NCBI GenBank assembly: GCA_964486645.1
Contig: CAZAOG010000002.1
Coordinates: forward strand, 1,012-65,011
Length of the DNA: 64,000 nucleotides
Source: an uncultured Ignavibacteriaceae bacterium
Lineage (GTDB): Bacteria > Bacteroidota > Ignavibacteria > Ignavibacteriales > Ignavibacteriaceae
Direction: 5' to 3'
The notes beneath the pieces are model-generated. The model was given only the letters and a program-made list of their open reading frames with translations, made no database searches and was not told where the DNA came from. Of this stretch, positions 26,970-37,326 are shown in pieces. The position numbers and the translations under genes are program-made. Every line of letters begins with the position of its first letter. The first letter of the stretch is position 1.

Positions 26970-29900
26970 TTAATAAACGATACAAAATCAAAAACATTCT
27001 TGGCGAGGGAAGAAGCAAAGTATATTTGTGCGAAGACGTGGATTTTCCGGAAAAAGATGTTGCGTTAAAAGTTTTACCCAACAAAGTACCCGAAGAAGAA
27101 ATCAACACTTTCAGAAAAGAATATTTCACACTTCAAAAACTTCAACATCCTAACATTATAAATTCAATTGAGTTTGGGACGATAGTTTCCGATGATTCCG
27201 CTGAACCAAAAGTTGAAATAGGTTCTAAGTATATAACAATGGAAGTATTTGAGGGCAAAGAACTGCTTGACTACAAAGGCTGTAAAGACGAAGCCATACT
27301 TAAAAACATACTAATTCAAATTTGTTCGGTTCTGTACTACCTGCACCAGTCAAATTATATTTATTACGATCTAAAACCCGAAAACATTTTGGTGGCCGAA
27401 AAAGACGGACAGCCCGTAATCAAACTTATAGACCTCGGTTTTGCAAGACACGTAAACGACGATAAGATTCCGGGAATAACCGGTACAATGCAGTACATAG
27501 CCCCGGAGCTGCTTAAAAAAGAAGCCTACGACCATAGAATTGATTTGTATTCCTTGGGTATACTTTTATACAGGGTTATTTACGGTACTTTCCCATTTGA
27601 AATGAATGATGAACTTCAAATAATTAAAGCTCAAATTGAAAATAAATTCAACTTTCCCGAATCCGATTTCTCGGATGATTTTATCGGCGTAGTAAAAAAA
27701 TTGTTGGAAAAAAATCCCGATGAAAGATACCAAAGCTGTTTGGAAATTTTATCCGATTTAGGGATGAAATTTAACAACGAAATTATTAATCAGTGGATGC
27801 CCGCAAAGGTTTCATCCGATAGAAAAGATATTGTTGCTATTCTTAAAAAATATATAGAGGATGTAAACAGTAACGAAGTTTTTACCGTGAGAGGCACCGA
27901 GGGTTCAGGCAAATCAACCGTAGCTGAAGAAATTTATTCAACTCTACCGGCTTCCATAATAGTAAAAAACTACAAAAATTTAAACAGCACCTCGTTTGTA
28001 AAATTTATTGTAAAACAGATTATTTACAACGATTATGTTTATTCAAGACTCAATAAAGTCACCGTTGAAAAGGTCGAACGTCTTTTTGTTGAACTACCCG
28101 AAAAACTAATAGACGAATTAAAGATTATATTTACAAACATTGCTTCAAGCAGCAGATTTACTTTAATACTCGACGATTTTAATAAATACGATACTTTTAC
28201 CCACGATACTCTTATAACCCTAATTCCCATTTTACAAGTAAACAAAATAAAAGTAATTTTAACCGAAGACTCCGACGAAGGAGATTCGAGCAATAAAGTT
28301 CATAATCTTCAAGTAATAAATCTTTCGCCCCTTACCGAACAACAATTGGAACAACTGATAAACAGAAGCTTTCATTCATCGTTTCCTCAGAAAGAAATTA
28401 AAAATTTAATATTACTTTACGCCGACCTTTTACCGGGCAGTATCAGAACTTCGATAAAAGATATGCTGCTTTTGAATATTCTTCAGTATGACAAAGACGG
28501 CGTAAAATTAAATGATAACGACAAATCCATTGAAATGCTGAAGAGTTCGCAGGAAGAAATTTATAAAATAAGATTAAAAGACTTAAACGAGCAAGAAAAT
28601 AATTTAATAAAAATTGTTTCCGCTTTGGAGGTCGTAATAGGAGCAAACGCTTTGGCTGCGTTGATGGAGCTAAACCCGAAAGATATTGACGCATTATTGA
28701 TAGGACTTCAAAAGAAAGAAATATTAAAACAGTATTCCATAACCGGAACGGCTCAATTTTCTTCCGACGGATTGAAATCATACATCTATTCGCTAATTGA
28801 AGATAAAGAAGAGTACCACTTAAAATTAGCCGTTAATATTGAAAGCACGCTGCCGGACATAGATAAAAATGAATTGGCCAGACAATACGAGTTGGCAAAA
28901 GAAGACGAAAAATGTTATTCCATTTTAATGGAAGTCGCTGTCGAAGCCGAAAGGATTTCTGCATTTTCTTACGAGAAACAAATACTTGAACATCTGCTCA
29001 ATTTAGAGCTGCAAGAAGATAAATTAAATTTGATAAAGTATAAATTGGCAATACTGCTCGATAAATTAGGCGAATATAAATATTCGTTGGACTTTATAAA
29101 TAATATAGATTTATCGATGCTTAACCCTGATGAAAGCATTAAACTGCAGATAACAAAAGGACATTCATTAATAGAAACGGACGAACTTGAAAAAGGGAAA
29201 AAGCTGCTTGAAAGTCTTTTGAATAACATCGATAACAAAGAGAAAAAACACACCGTGCTTTCCGAGATTGCCAGAGCGGATTTAGACTTGGGTAATTTTG
29301 AAAATGTAACTAAAATATGCAGCGATGTTATTACCGATGCTTCCGCCCTGCCCAAAGAAAAAGGGAGAGCAAATGCAACTCTTGCTTTGAAGGAAATTTA
29401 TAAAAACAACGACTTTGACAAAGCCTTGGAATTATTCTTAAAAGCAGAAGAAATATTTCAGAAAGCCGATTTGAAAGTAATGATGACAAGAATGGGCAAC
29501 AACATCGGCAACATTTACAACATTAAAAATGATTACAACAACGCGGAATTATACTGGAACAAAGCCGTTGAACTGAATAAATCTATCGGTAACCTGGAAA
29601 ACGAGGCTCTGCTGACAATGAACTTGGGCGTTTATCATTTTGAGCAGCTTAATATTCAAAGAAGTATTGACCTTTATAACCGTGCTTATTCTATATTTCA
29701 AAGTATCGGCGATGTGCAAAATCAAGGTATAATAAAATCAAATTTGGGTGAAAATTATTTGTTCGTCTGCGAGTATCAGAAAGCACAAGAAGAGCTGCAA
29801 CTATCCGAAAAGGTTTTGTCCGACAGTCACAACGAAAACGAATTGCTGTCAACCTTATTTCTGCTTGGATATCTTTATTTAACTATCGGCGATTTATTAA

Positions 29901-30535
29901 AGGTTGAAAATATAATAAACAAATATGACCGAATTGATAATAAAGATTCTGTCAACGAGCGGAATAAAAACAACTTCAGATACTTAAAATTAATTTTTAA
30001 TTTTGAAAAAAATGAACCGCGCAAAATAATAAATGAATTATACGAAATAAAAGAAGTGTTTTTATCCAACGAAGACTCATATCGTTTCTTCAACGCGGAC
30101 GAAACCCTTATTCGTTTCTACATTGAAAACGGAAATTATAATGAAGCCTTTGAAGAATTAAACGACAAAGACCTTGACGAGTTGTGTTCGAAAAACAAAT
30201 ATTTTAATGCAAAAAGGGAACTCTTGTTAGGACTGTTGGCTAAACACGACACGGAAGGAAAAATGAATTCTCCTGTCGATTATTTCGAAAAAACATATCA
30301 ATTTATAGAAGACTTTACAATTACCGAACTGACTTGGAAAGTTTTGTATGAATTATCAGATTACTACTTTGAAAGGGGCAATAAATTAAAAGCAAAAGAG
30401 TACGCAAAATATACAAAAGCAACTATTGAGCATATTGCAGAAAAAATTTCCGACAGCAAAATGCTTCATAATTATTTATCAGAAAAACAAAGACAGAAAG
30501 CTTTAAAATCATTAAGCGAAATTATAAAAGGATAG
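26966..30535 (+). CDS. Ser/Thr protein kinase fused to a P-loop NTPase module and a long TPR-like repeat region (1189 aa)
   Basis: Kinase motifs LGEGRSKVY...VALKVL, YYDLKPENILV, IDLGFAR and GTMQYIAPE. Walker A VRGTEGSGKSTV and Walker B-like LILDDFNKYD. The C-terminal ~600 aa are helical-repeat-like. An ATGA overlap joins it to the permease gene. Confidence 0.85.
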   Translation: MINKRYKIKNILGEGRSKVYLCEDVDFPEKDVALKVLPNKVPEEEINTFRKEYFTLQKLQHPNIINSIEFGTIVSDDSAEPKVEIGSKYITMEVFEGKELLDYKGCKDEAILKNILIQICSVLYYLHQSNYIYYDLKPENILVAEKDGQPVIKLIDLGFARHVNDDKIPGITGTMQYIAPELLKKEAYDHRIDLYSLGILLYRVIYGTFPFEMNDELQIIKAQIENKFNFPESDFSDDFIGVVKKLLEKNPDERYQSCLEILSDLGMKFNNEIINQWMPAKVSSDRKDIVAILKKYIEDVNSNEVFTVRGTEGSGKSTVAEEIYSTLPASIIVKNYKNLNSTSFVKFIVKQIIYNDYVYSRLNKVTVEKVERLFVELPEKLIDELKIIFTNIASSSRFTLILDDFNKYDTFTHDTLITLIPILQVNKIKVILTEDSDEGDSSNKVHNLQVINLSPLTEQQLEQLINRSFHSSFPQKEIKNLILLYADLLPGSIRTSIKDMLLLNILQYDKDGVKLNDNDKSIEMLKSSQEEIYKIRLKDLNEQENNLIKIVSALEVVIGANALAALMELNPKDIDALLIGLQKKEILKQYSITGTAQFSSDGLKSYIYSLIEDKEEYHLKLAVNIESTLPDIDKNELARQYELAKEDEKCYSILMEVAVEAERISAFSYEKQILEHLLNLELQEDKLNLIKYKLAILLDKLGEYKYSLDFINNIDLSMLNPDESIKLQITKGHSLIETDELEKGKKLLESLLNNIDNKEKKHTVLSEIARADLDLGNFENVTKICSDVITDASALPKEKGRANATLALKEIYKNNDFDKALELFLKAEEIFQKADLKVMMTRMGNNIGNIYNIKNDYNNAELYWNKAVELNKSIGNLENEALLTMNLGVYHFEQLNIQRSIDLYNRAYSIFQSIGDVQNQGIIKSNLGENYLFVCEYQKAQEELQLSEKVLSDSHNENELLSTLFLLGYLYLTIGDLLKVENIINKYDRIDNKDSVNERNKNNFRYLKLIFNFEKNEPRKIINELYEIKEVFLSNEDSYRFFNADETLIRFYIENGNYNEAFEELNDKDLDELCSKNKYFNAKRELLLGLLAKHDTEGKMNSPVDYFEKTYQFIEDFTITELTWKVLYELSDYYFERGNKLKAKEYAKYTKATIEHIAEKISDSKMLHNYLSEKQRQKALKSLSEIIKG

Positions 30536-31917
30536 TGAAGGATAACGATATAAATATTAATGTTTATTCCGATTCCAACGATACTTCTTCAATAGCGTTG
30601 GTCGTTAATCAACTTAAAATTAACGACCAAAATATAGGTTTAAAATACCCCCTTAAATTTCAGAACAACGAAAACGACATTATAATCATACAGGTTGATT
30701 CGGTAAGTTCTGCATTTGTTAGAGAAGCAATAAGCTTAAAAGAAGATGCCTACAACAAAATAATTTTCGTAATAAAAAAAAATGATGCGGTATTAATAAG
30801 CTCTTTAGTAAAGCTCGGATTCCATTCAATATTTGTAATACCCTTTGAACTGCCAAAACTTGTAGCTCATCTTTCCGATTTTATAAATTCAAAATCCGAA
30901 AAACTAAAATTGGAAAAAAAAGGCGATTTAGACGGGGATAATTACAAAATTGAAAGTTTAATAGGTAAGTCAAAATCATTCAATAATGTTATAGAAATAG
31001 TAAAAAAAATATCGGATAAACCGGATATTTATGTGATGATTTTAGGGGAAACGGGAACCGGGAAAACCCTTATTGCAAGAACCATTCACGAAAACAGTCC
31101 TAAAAAACAATATCCCTTTATAGATATCGTTTGCAGCGCTATCCCGGAAACTTTAATGGAATCCGAACTTTTTGGCTACGAAGCCGGTGCTTTCACACAA
31201 GCCGAAAGCAGAAAATACGGTTTGTTGGAATTAGCCGAAAAAGGAACATTGTTTTTGGACGAACTTGGTGATATTAGTCTGAATATTCAGGCTAAATTAC
31301 TAAGAGCAATAGAAAAGAAAGTAATCAGAAGATTGGGCGGTATAAAAGATATTCCTATTTATGCAAGGTTTATTTCGGCTACAAATAAAAATCTTTCATT
31401 AATGATAAAACAGAAACTTTTTAGAAGAGACCTTTTTCACAGGCTTAACGTAATTGAAATTACAATTCCCCCGCTCCGTGAACGTGAAGAAGATGTTCTG
31501 CTGCTTACGGAAAAATTTATAAATCTTTACAATGTTCAGTTCGGTAAACAAATAGACGGTTACGATGACGATGTGAAACAGTTCCTTTTAAATTATCAGT
31601 GGCCCGGAAACGTTAGAGAATTACAGAACTCTATTGAAAGAGCAATTTTACTCACAGAAAGTAAAATGTTAAAGGTGGATACATTTTCCGTGCTTCAAAA
31701 AACAGAAAAAACCCGGAAACAATCACAAATATATGCCACACCAATTTTGCCTCAATTTATCAGACTTGAATTAGAATATGAGAGAACGGATTTAAAGGAA
31801 CTTACGGCTTTATACGCCGAAGAAGTGTTGAACAAAACCAAAGGCAATAAATCAAAAGCCGCGCAATTACTCGGCATATCCCGCCCAAAATTAAATACAT
31901 TGTTAGAAAAAAATTAG
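30535..31917 (+). CDS. Sigma-54-dependent transcriptional activator (bEBP) with a degenerate receiver-like N-domain
   Basis: GETGTGKTLIARTIH, ESELFGYEAGAFTQAE, LFLDELGD, WPGNVRELQN, and a Fis-type HTH AAQLLGISRPKLNTLLEK. The GTG start overlaps the kinase TAG by 1 nt. Confidence 0.85.
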   Translation: MKDNDININVYSDSNDTSSIALVVNQLKINDQNIGLKYPLKFQNNENDIIIIQVDSVSSAFVREAISLKEDAYNKIIFVIKKNDAVLISSLVKLGFHSIFVIPFELPKLVAHLSDFINSKSEKLKLEKKGDLDGDNYKIESLIGKSKSFNNVIEIVKKISDKPDIYVMILGETGTGKTLIARTIHENSPKKQYPFIDIVCSAIPETLMESELFGYEAGAFTQAESRKYGLLELAEKGTLFLDELGDISLNIQAKLLRAIEKKVIRRLGGIKDIPIYARFISATNKNLSLMIKQKLFRRDLFHRLNVIEITIPPLREREEDVLLLTEKFINLYNVQFGKQIDGYDDDVKQFLLNYQWPGNVRELQNSIERAILLTESKMLKVDTFSVLQKTEKTRKQSQIYATPILPQFIRLELEYERTDLKELTALYAEEVLNKTKGNKSKAAQLLGISRPKLNTLLEKN

Positions 31918-31950
31918 AATGTACGTAAGATGATTTATTTATTAAAATAG

Positions 31951-31970
31951 CTCCGCCTTTTAAGGCGGAG
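31951..31970. terminator. GC-rich hairpin between the convergent bEBP and gpsA genes
   Basis: ctccgcc ttttaa ggcggag forms a 7-bp stem. A second weaker hairpin, ttgggc..gccccaa, lies at 31993-32009. The U-tracts are poor. Confidence 0.5.
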
Positions 31971-32052
31971 ACTAAGTAAAACTTATTACATATTGGGCTT
32001 TAGCCCCAATCTAAATAATGAACTTAGAATGTTAAAGAAACAAACTGTCTTC

Positions 32053-33048
32053 TCACTCCATTTTCATATCGCGGGTCATCAAATCAGTGGTAGCTTTCAG
32101 CGGGTCTTTATCTTTGAAAAGTATATTATAAACTTCGTTTGTTATCGGTGTATCAACTTTCATTTTCTTTGCCAATTGAGATGCAGATTTGCTTGTCATC
32201 ACCCCTTCTGCAACCATGGTCATTTCTTTTAGGACTTGTTTGAGTTTTTTACCGCCGCCTATTTGTTCACCCACAAAACGGTTACGACTGTGCTTACTCA
32301 TACAAGTAACTATCAGATCACCCATACCCGAAAGGCCTGCAAATGTTTCGGGTTTGGCTCCCATTGCTATTCCCAAACGTGAAATCTCTGCAATGCCTCT
32401 TGTCATTATTGCGGCTTTTGTATTATCCCCGAATTTCACACCGTCAATTATTCCGGCACCGATTGCAATTACATTTTTGAAAGCCCCGCCCAATTCAACA
32501 CCCAGTACATCGGTTGATGCATAAGCTCTAAAATAGGAAGTTATAAAAGCACTTTGTATTGTTTTTGAAGTTTCAAAATCTTTTGATGCGGTTACTACCG
32601 TGGTTGGAATTCTTCTGCTGACTTCTTCCGCATGACTCGGACCGGAGAGAACGCCTATTTGATTTTCCGATAAAGAGGGCACGGCATCAAGAAGCATTTG
32701 AGACATAGTAAGCAAGGTCTTGTTTTCAATCCCTTTAGATACACTGACCAATATTGAATTCTTCAAAAGATTCTTTTCAATTTTATTGACAACGCTTCTT
32801 AAAAATTGAGAAGGAGCTGCCATCACAATCATATTTTTATCGGCAGCCGCTTCGTTTAAATTATGTGTGATAAGCATTTCATCCGGGATTGGTACGCCGG
32901 GCAAATAGATTACGTTTTCACGTTTTTTTTCTAAAATTTTGGCGTAATCTTTTTTGTATTCCCAAAGAGTAACCGAGTGACCGTTATAATGCAAAAGAAT
33001 AGCTAATGTAGTTCCCCAGCCGCCTGCCCCAAGAACGGAAATTCTCAT
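32053..33048 (-). CDS. gpsA: NAD(P)H-dependent glycerol-3-phosphate dehydrogenase
   Basis: ISVLGAGGWGTTLA Rossmann motif; 331 aa. Confidence 0.93.
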   Translation of the reverse strand: MRISVLGAGGWGTTLAILLHYNGHSVTLWEYKKDYAKILEKKRENVIYLPGVPIPDEMLITHNLNEAAADKNMIVMAAPSQFLRSVVNKIEKNLLKNSILVSVSKGIENKTLLTMSQMLLDAVPSLSENQIGVLSGPSHAEEVSRRIPTTVVTASKDFETSKTIQSAFITSYFRAYASTDVLGVELGGAFKNVIAIGAGIIDGVKFGDNTKAAIMTRGIAEISRLGIAMGAKPETFAGLSGMGDLIVTCMSKHSRNRFVGEQIGGGKKLKQVLKEMTMVAEGVMTSKSASQLAKKMKVDTPITNEVYNILFKDKDPLKATTDLMTRDMKME

Positions 33049-33054
33049 AAGTTT

Positions 33055-33726
33055 TTAAATATATTTTTTCTTTTTAGAGAAGTTAAATTTGTTCTCATTT
33101 CCCTTTAATAATCGAGAAATATTTTTTCTATGAGTAAATATTACCAATAAGGAAAGGAAAAGTATAAAAGGAAGTAAAATTTGATACCCGGGAATATCTA
33201 CGTGAAATATATTTTCTCTAACTATAAGAGCAAGTGGAACCGTGATTGCGGCAAAAATAGAACCTAAAGAAACGTATTTGGAAATCGAAACTACAATTAC
33301 AAATACACCGACCGCTATCAGCATATCCACCGTTATTAAAATCAACAGCATACCCAAGGCAGTTGCAATTCCCTTTCCTCCCTTAAATCCGGCAAAGATC
33401 GTCCAAATATGACCAATAACAGCAGAAATTCCTGCAATTATCTGAATAACGGTTAAATCATCAAAAGGTGTGGCATTATAGAACGGCATTGATCCGGAAA
33501 ATAAACGGGCAACAACAACAACAGCCAATGCTCCTTTAAGAGCATCTAAAAATATTACCGATAACCCGATTTTAAATCCTAAAACTCTTATTACGTTAGT
33601 ACCTCCGGCATTGCCGCTTCCGTGTTCGCGTATATCTATCCCCTTTGATAGTTTGCTTATAATGATGCTGTTAGGAATAGAGCCGAGTAGGTACGAGATT
33701 ATTATTATCGCCAGTAAATTTATCAT
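33055..33726 (-). CDS. plsY: Glycerol-3-phosphate acyltransferase (acyl-phosphate dependent)
   Basis: HGSGNAGGTNV motif; polytopic, 223 aa. Confidence 0.9.
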   Translation of the reverse strand: MINLLAIIIISYLLGSIPNSIIISKLSKGIDIREHGSGNAGGTNVIRVLGFKIGLSVIFLDALKGALAVVVVARLFSGSMPFYNATPFDDLTVIQIIAGISAVIGHIWTIFAGFKGGKGIATALGMLLILITVDMLIAVGVFVIVVSISKYVSLGSIFAAITVPLALIVRENIFHVDIPGYQILLPFILFLSLLVIFTHRKNISRLLKGNENKFNFSKKKKYI

Positions 33727-34091
33727 TGTTATATATTCATTTTAATAAATGTCATATAAACTTAATCATAAATGGAATTATTTTCAATGAAATTCAGACG
33801 TTTATCACGTTGATATATTTTATCTGCAAGAAGCAGTACGGGGATAATATCTATATAAGGATTTATATGCCTCACAGCTTGCATTACCAGGTCCTTACTT
33901 TCATTATACGCTTCCCGGCTTAATGTGTCTGCCATTATAAATCCATTGGATAGAGAATGACCAAGCTTAGAATCAAATTCAATTTTTTTAGTAAGTTACA
34001 GCGGTTTGGGGAGAACCTGTTTATAGCTACAAATAAAGTCACACTATCATAAAATTAGATTTTATCTGTTATTTTACACTTACAGTTATTA

Positions 34092-36332
34092 TCAAAAAAA
34101 GAATTTTATACCCGCAGTTGGTAAAAGACCCACTGTTCTACTGCTGAAATTACCATTAAAAACGTTAAATGTAAGAAATGTAGGATTCTGATAATTATAT
34201 ACATTATAAATTGATACTGATAATTCGCTTTTTAAACCAAACAATATGTTTTTATAAACCATACTTACATCCAGCCTGTTATAAAGCGGAAGTCTGTATT
34301 TATTATATTCTCCGTAATCTATTACTCTCTTAGGATCAACGCTGCCTCCTGAAAAAACAATGTATTTATTAACCGGCAAACTGATTGGAAGACCTGATGC
34401 TAGTACAAAAGTTGCCGACAATATTAAATTTTTTGAGAGATTATAGTTTAACACAATATTCAACTGGTGCACACGGTTAAAGCCGGGTACAAATTTTTTG
34501 TCAAAATTTTTACCGCCAATCTTTCTAAAAGCTTTGTTCCATGTGTAATTAACCCAACCGGAAAGTCTCCCTTCTCTTTTGGATAACTGTATTTCCATTC
34601 CGTAAGCCCACCCTTTACCAACAAGCAGTTGTTCATTTAATCTATCCGGATCTGCATCATAATAATTCAGTCTGAACTGCGAAACATTTTTCATATCTCT
34701 ATAATATAAATCCAGACTAAATTCATATTCCGATTTATTTAATGAAAATATTTTCGTTAAACCTATCGATGTCTCGTTACCGTTTATCGGTTTTAGATTT
34801 TTATTGGATGGATAAAAAATATCATTCGGCGCGTAAAATTTTGTGGACGACAAAGTATGTACATATTGATGTGTTCCTGTATAAGATAATTTAACGGCAG
34901 TTGCATCATCAATTAAATAATTTATACTGATTCTCGGATCAATGAAACTGTATTTACCGTCATATTTTTTAACATTGAAAGTAGATATGTTAACGCCGAG
35001 GTTTGCTTCCAAGTAATTTGTAAATTTTAATTTGGCGTTACTAAAAAGATTGGTCTCATAAGCATCAAGGTTATAAACGTTTGTATTGGAGTTTAACAAA
35101 TCGCTTGTAACATCAAACTTGTAATATCTTAAATCACCGCCAAATTTCAGATTCAGAGTTTTGAAAACGTTATAATCGTTTTTAATTTTAAATATAAATT
35201 CTGTTATACCGGGATTTTTTGCTGTTTCACCTCTTTTATATTCTGAAAAATACCTCGAATAAACAAGTGATATATCGCTGAAAAAAGAAGAATTCCATAT
35301 CCTATTGTATCTGAGATGCGCTGCATAATTACCCCATTTTGTGTTTTTGCTAGTGTTATCATAAAGACTCTGCTGTTGTTCGGTATAATGGTCAGTTCCG
35401 TAATACGAACTGAAAAACAAATGGTCGGAAGGTGATAGGTTAAATGTTAATTTTGAATATATATCGCTGAATGAATAATTGAAATCGGTTATATTCGCAA
35501 GTGAATTAATTAAATCCAAGTAAGTTCTTCTAGCTGAAATCATAATGGAAGCATTATTTCCCAACGGTCCGTCTATCATCAACTGTGATGAAAGGAGACT
35601 GATACCGGCGCTCATTTTCAATTTTTTCGGATTCCCTCTTTTGAGATTAATATTTATAACAGAAGAAAGTTTTTCCGAATATTCCGGTGGTATATAACCT
35701 TTATAAAATTCTACACTGTTAATTGCATCGGTATTGAAGGAGCTAAAGTAACCGAGCAAATGAATCGGATTATAAATCTGTACCCCGTCGAGCAGCATAA
35801 GATTTTGATCCTGGTCACCCCCGCGCACATTAAAACGAGCGGAGCCTTCGGTAGAAGTACTTACGCCCGGAAGAAGCTGTAAAATTTTTGTTATATCACT
35901 TTCTCCGCCTACAGAAGGTAAATATTTAACTTCTTTCGCAGAAAAATATTGATAGCCGGTCTGCTTTAATATTTTATCTTTTTTTAATTTCGATGTTACC
36001 TTTATTTCCCCAATTATAATAGGGTTTTCTTCTAATCTGATATAAACAGCAGCGCTTCTGTCAAGTATCTCCTGTACTTTTAATGCTTTGGTTTTATATC
36101 CAATAAAGCTGATGGAAATAGTGTCATTACCGGTTGTTGCTATTGAAAACCAGCCGGATTGATTTGTAACCGCGTATGTATCTAATGTTTTATTCGTGAT
36201 ATAAGCTCCGATGAGGGGGCCGCCGTTTAACGAATCTACTACGTATCCGCTTATATTTTTTTGCGTCTGTGCAAAACTTACACCGGTTAAAAAGAGAATT
36301 ATTAGAATTACTTTACTGCAATATCTGCCCAT
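34092..36332 (-). CDS. TonB-dependent outer-membrane receptor with an N-terminal CarboxypepD_reg-like domain
   Basis: ISGYVVDSLNGGPLIGAYI, plug segment RFNVRGGDQDQNLMLLDGVQIYNP, and a C-terminal ...AGIKFFF. Confidence 0.85.
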   Translation of the reverse strand: MGRYCSKVILIILFLTGVSFAQTQKNISGYVVDSLNGGPLIGAYITNKTLDTYAVTNQSGWFSIATTGNDTISISFIGYKTKALKVQEILDRSAAVYIRLEENPIIIGEIKVTSKLKKDKILKQTGYQYFSAKEVKYLPSVGGESDITKILQLLPGVSTSTEGSARFNVRGGDQDQNLMLLDGVQIYNPIHLLGYFSSFNTDAINSVEFYKGYIPPEYSEKLSSVININLKRGNPKKLKMSAGISLLSSQLMIDGPLGNNASIMISARRTYLDLINSLANITDFNYSFSDIYSKLTFNLSPSDHLFFSSYYGTDHYTEQQQSLYDNTSKNTKWGNYAAHLRYNRIWNSSFFSDISLVYSRYFSEYKRGETAKNPGITEFIFKIKNDYNVFKTLNLKFGGDLRYYKFDVTSDLLNSNTNVYNLDAYETNLFSNAKLKFTNYLEANLGVNISTFNVKKYDGKYSFIDPRISINYLIDDATAVKLSYTGTHQYVHTLSSTKFYAPNDIFYPSNKNLKPINGNETSIGLTKIFSLNKSEYEFSLDLYYRDMKNVSQFRLNYYDADPDRLNEQLLVGKGWAYGMEIQLSKREGRLSGWVNYTWNKAFRKIGGKNFDKKFVPGFNRVHQLNIVLNYNLSKNLILSATFVLASGLPISLPVNKYIVFSGGSVDPKRVIDYGEYNKYRLPLYNRLDVSMVYKNILFGLKSELSVSIYNVYNYQNPTFLTFNVFNGNFSSRTVGLLPTAGIKFFF

Positions 36333-37237
36333 ATTGAATCCCTTGTAATTGCAGTAAAAATTCCCAGTCCACCTACTATGTTAGTAGGTATCTGTACTAT
36401 TTCCGTATTAAATTCGTCTCCGATATTTTCTATTTGATTTTTTAGAGCATTTCTAAATTGAAAATGGATTGGCGTAATATGTTCCAGATAAATAATAGCT
36501 TTATTTGTATCCGTTAGAGCATTTAAATCATTATAAGAAGAGAATCTGATATTCTGGCTTTTGTTTTTGCCATCAGTAATAAAATACAAATAGTCGTCGG
36601 ATAAACGCCCCCAATAAAAAATATTATTAACTCCATTATTATAAACGAATTCACCGTATGCTAAGATTCTGTAATAATTTGTTTCATCTGTTGGGAAATC
36701 AGCATTAATATTAATCTCAACATTCATATATCTTACACCTGCTCCATTATACTTTATATCTTTTTGTAATATTACCGAAACGTTATTAATTTTTGTTTTA
36801 GAAGGGTAATTTGTTTCAGCGTAAACTTTCTGCCCTTCATATTCCACCTCTAAGGTACATTTTTCGGCGAAAGGTACTTTCATTTCTTTTGAATATGTTG
36901 TCGGATAATACACATTATCATTTAAGTCCAACAAAAAAGGCGTGCCGCTGTCAAAAGAAAGTTTCACAACTGCACCGATTACATTAAATCTTGGATCAAA
37001 ATTAATGAAGGGCATAGAAGCATTTTCATACGGTGTTAATGTTTTTGTAACCTTAACATTAACAGTTGTATAGCCTTCCATTATATATGATTCAATCACA
37101 AGTTTGTTTTCTGTTTGCGGTTTTTCATAATTAACTGCTTTATCACAGGAAGATACAATGAAAATACCGAATAAAATTAAAATCAGATAACCAGTTCGCG
37201 ATAAAAGTTTTATGCTGAATGAATTGGTTTGTTTCAT
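36308..37237 (-). CDS. DUF4249-like lipoprotein
   Basis: Lipobox IVSSC, N-terminal KLVIESYIMEGYTTVNVKVTKT and C-terminal NIVGGLGIFTA match my recollection of DUF4249. It overlaps the receptor gene by 25 nt. Confidence 0.6.
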   Translation of the reverse strand: MKQTNSFSIKLLSRTGYLILILFGIFIVSSCDKAVNYEKPQTENKLVIESYIMEGYTTVNVKVTKTLTPYENASMPFINFDPRFNVIGAVVKLSFDSGTPFLLDLNDNVYYPTTYSKEMKVPFAEKCTLEVEYEGQKVYAETNYPSKTKINNVSVILQKDIKYNGAGVRYMNVEININADFPTDETNYYRILAYGEFVYNNGVNNIFYWGRLSDDYLYFITDGKNKSQNIRFSSYNDLNALTDTNKAIIYLEHITPIHFQFRNALKNQIENIGDEFNTEIVQIPTNIVGGLGIFTAITRDSIWADIAVK

Positions 37238-37326
37238 AAAATAACATACCTTAATTAATTCGACTTACCGGAAAAGCAAAAATATGAAATATTTTTAAAT
37301 CCCGGTAAGCCTTAATAGTTTAATTA

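Noticed and set aside
26966-30535. Reading the kinase-P-loop-TPR protein as a STAND/Avs-like antiphage sensor
   Set aside because: It has no nuclease, TIR, SIR2 or other effector domain. It is translationally coupled to transport and transcription-factor genes, and the surroundings are housekeeping. A regulatory role (PknK/MalT-like architecture) is more parsimonious.
33762-33935. 57-aa minus-strand ORF (MADTLSREAYNESKDLVMQAVRHINPYIDIIPVLLLADKIYQRDKRLNFIENNSIYD) just upstream of plsY
   Set aside because: It has no Shine-Dalgarno sequence, although other genes here have clear ones. I recognise no family and cannot assess conservation, so there is not enough to call it a gene. Ribo-seq or tblastn conservation could revive it.
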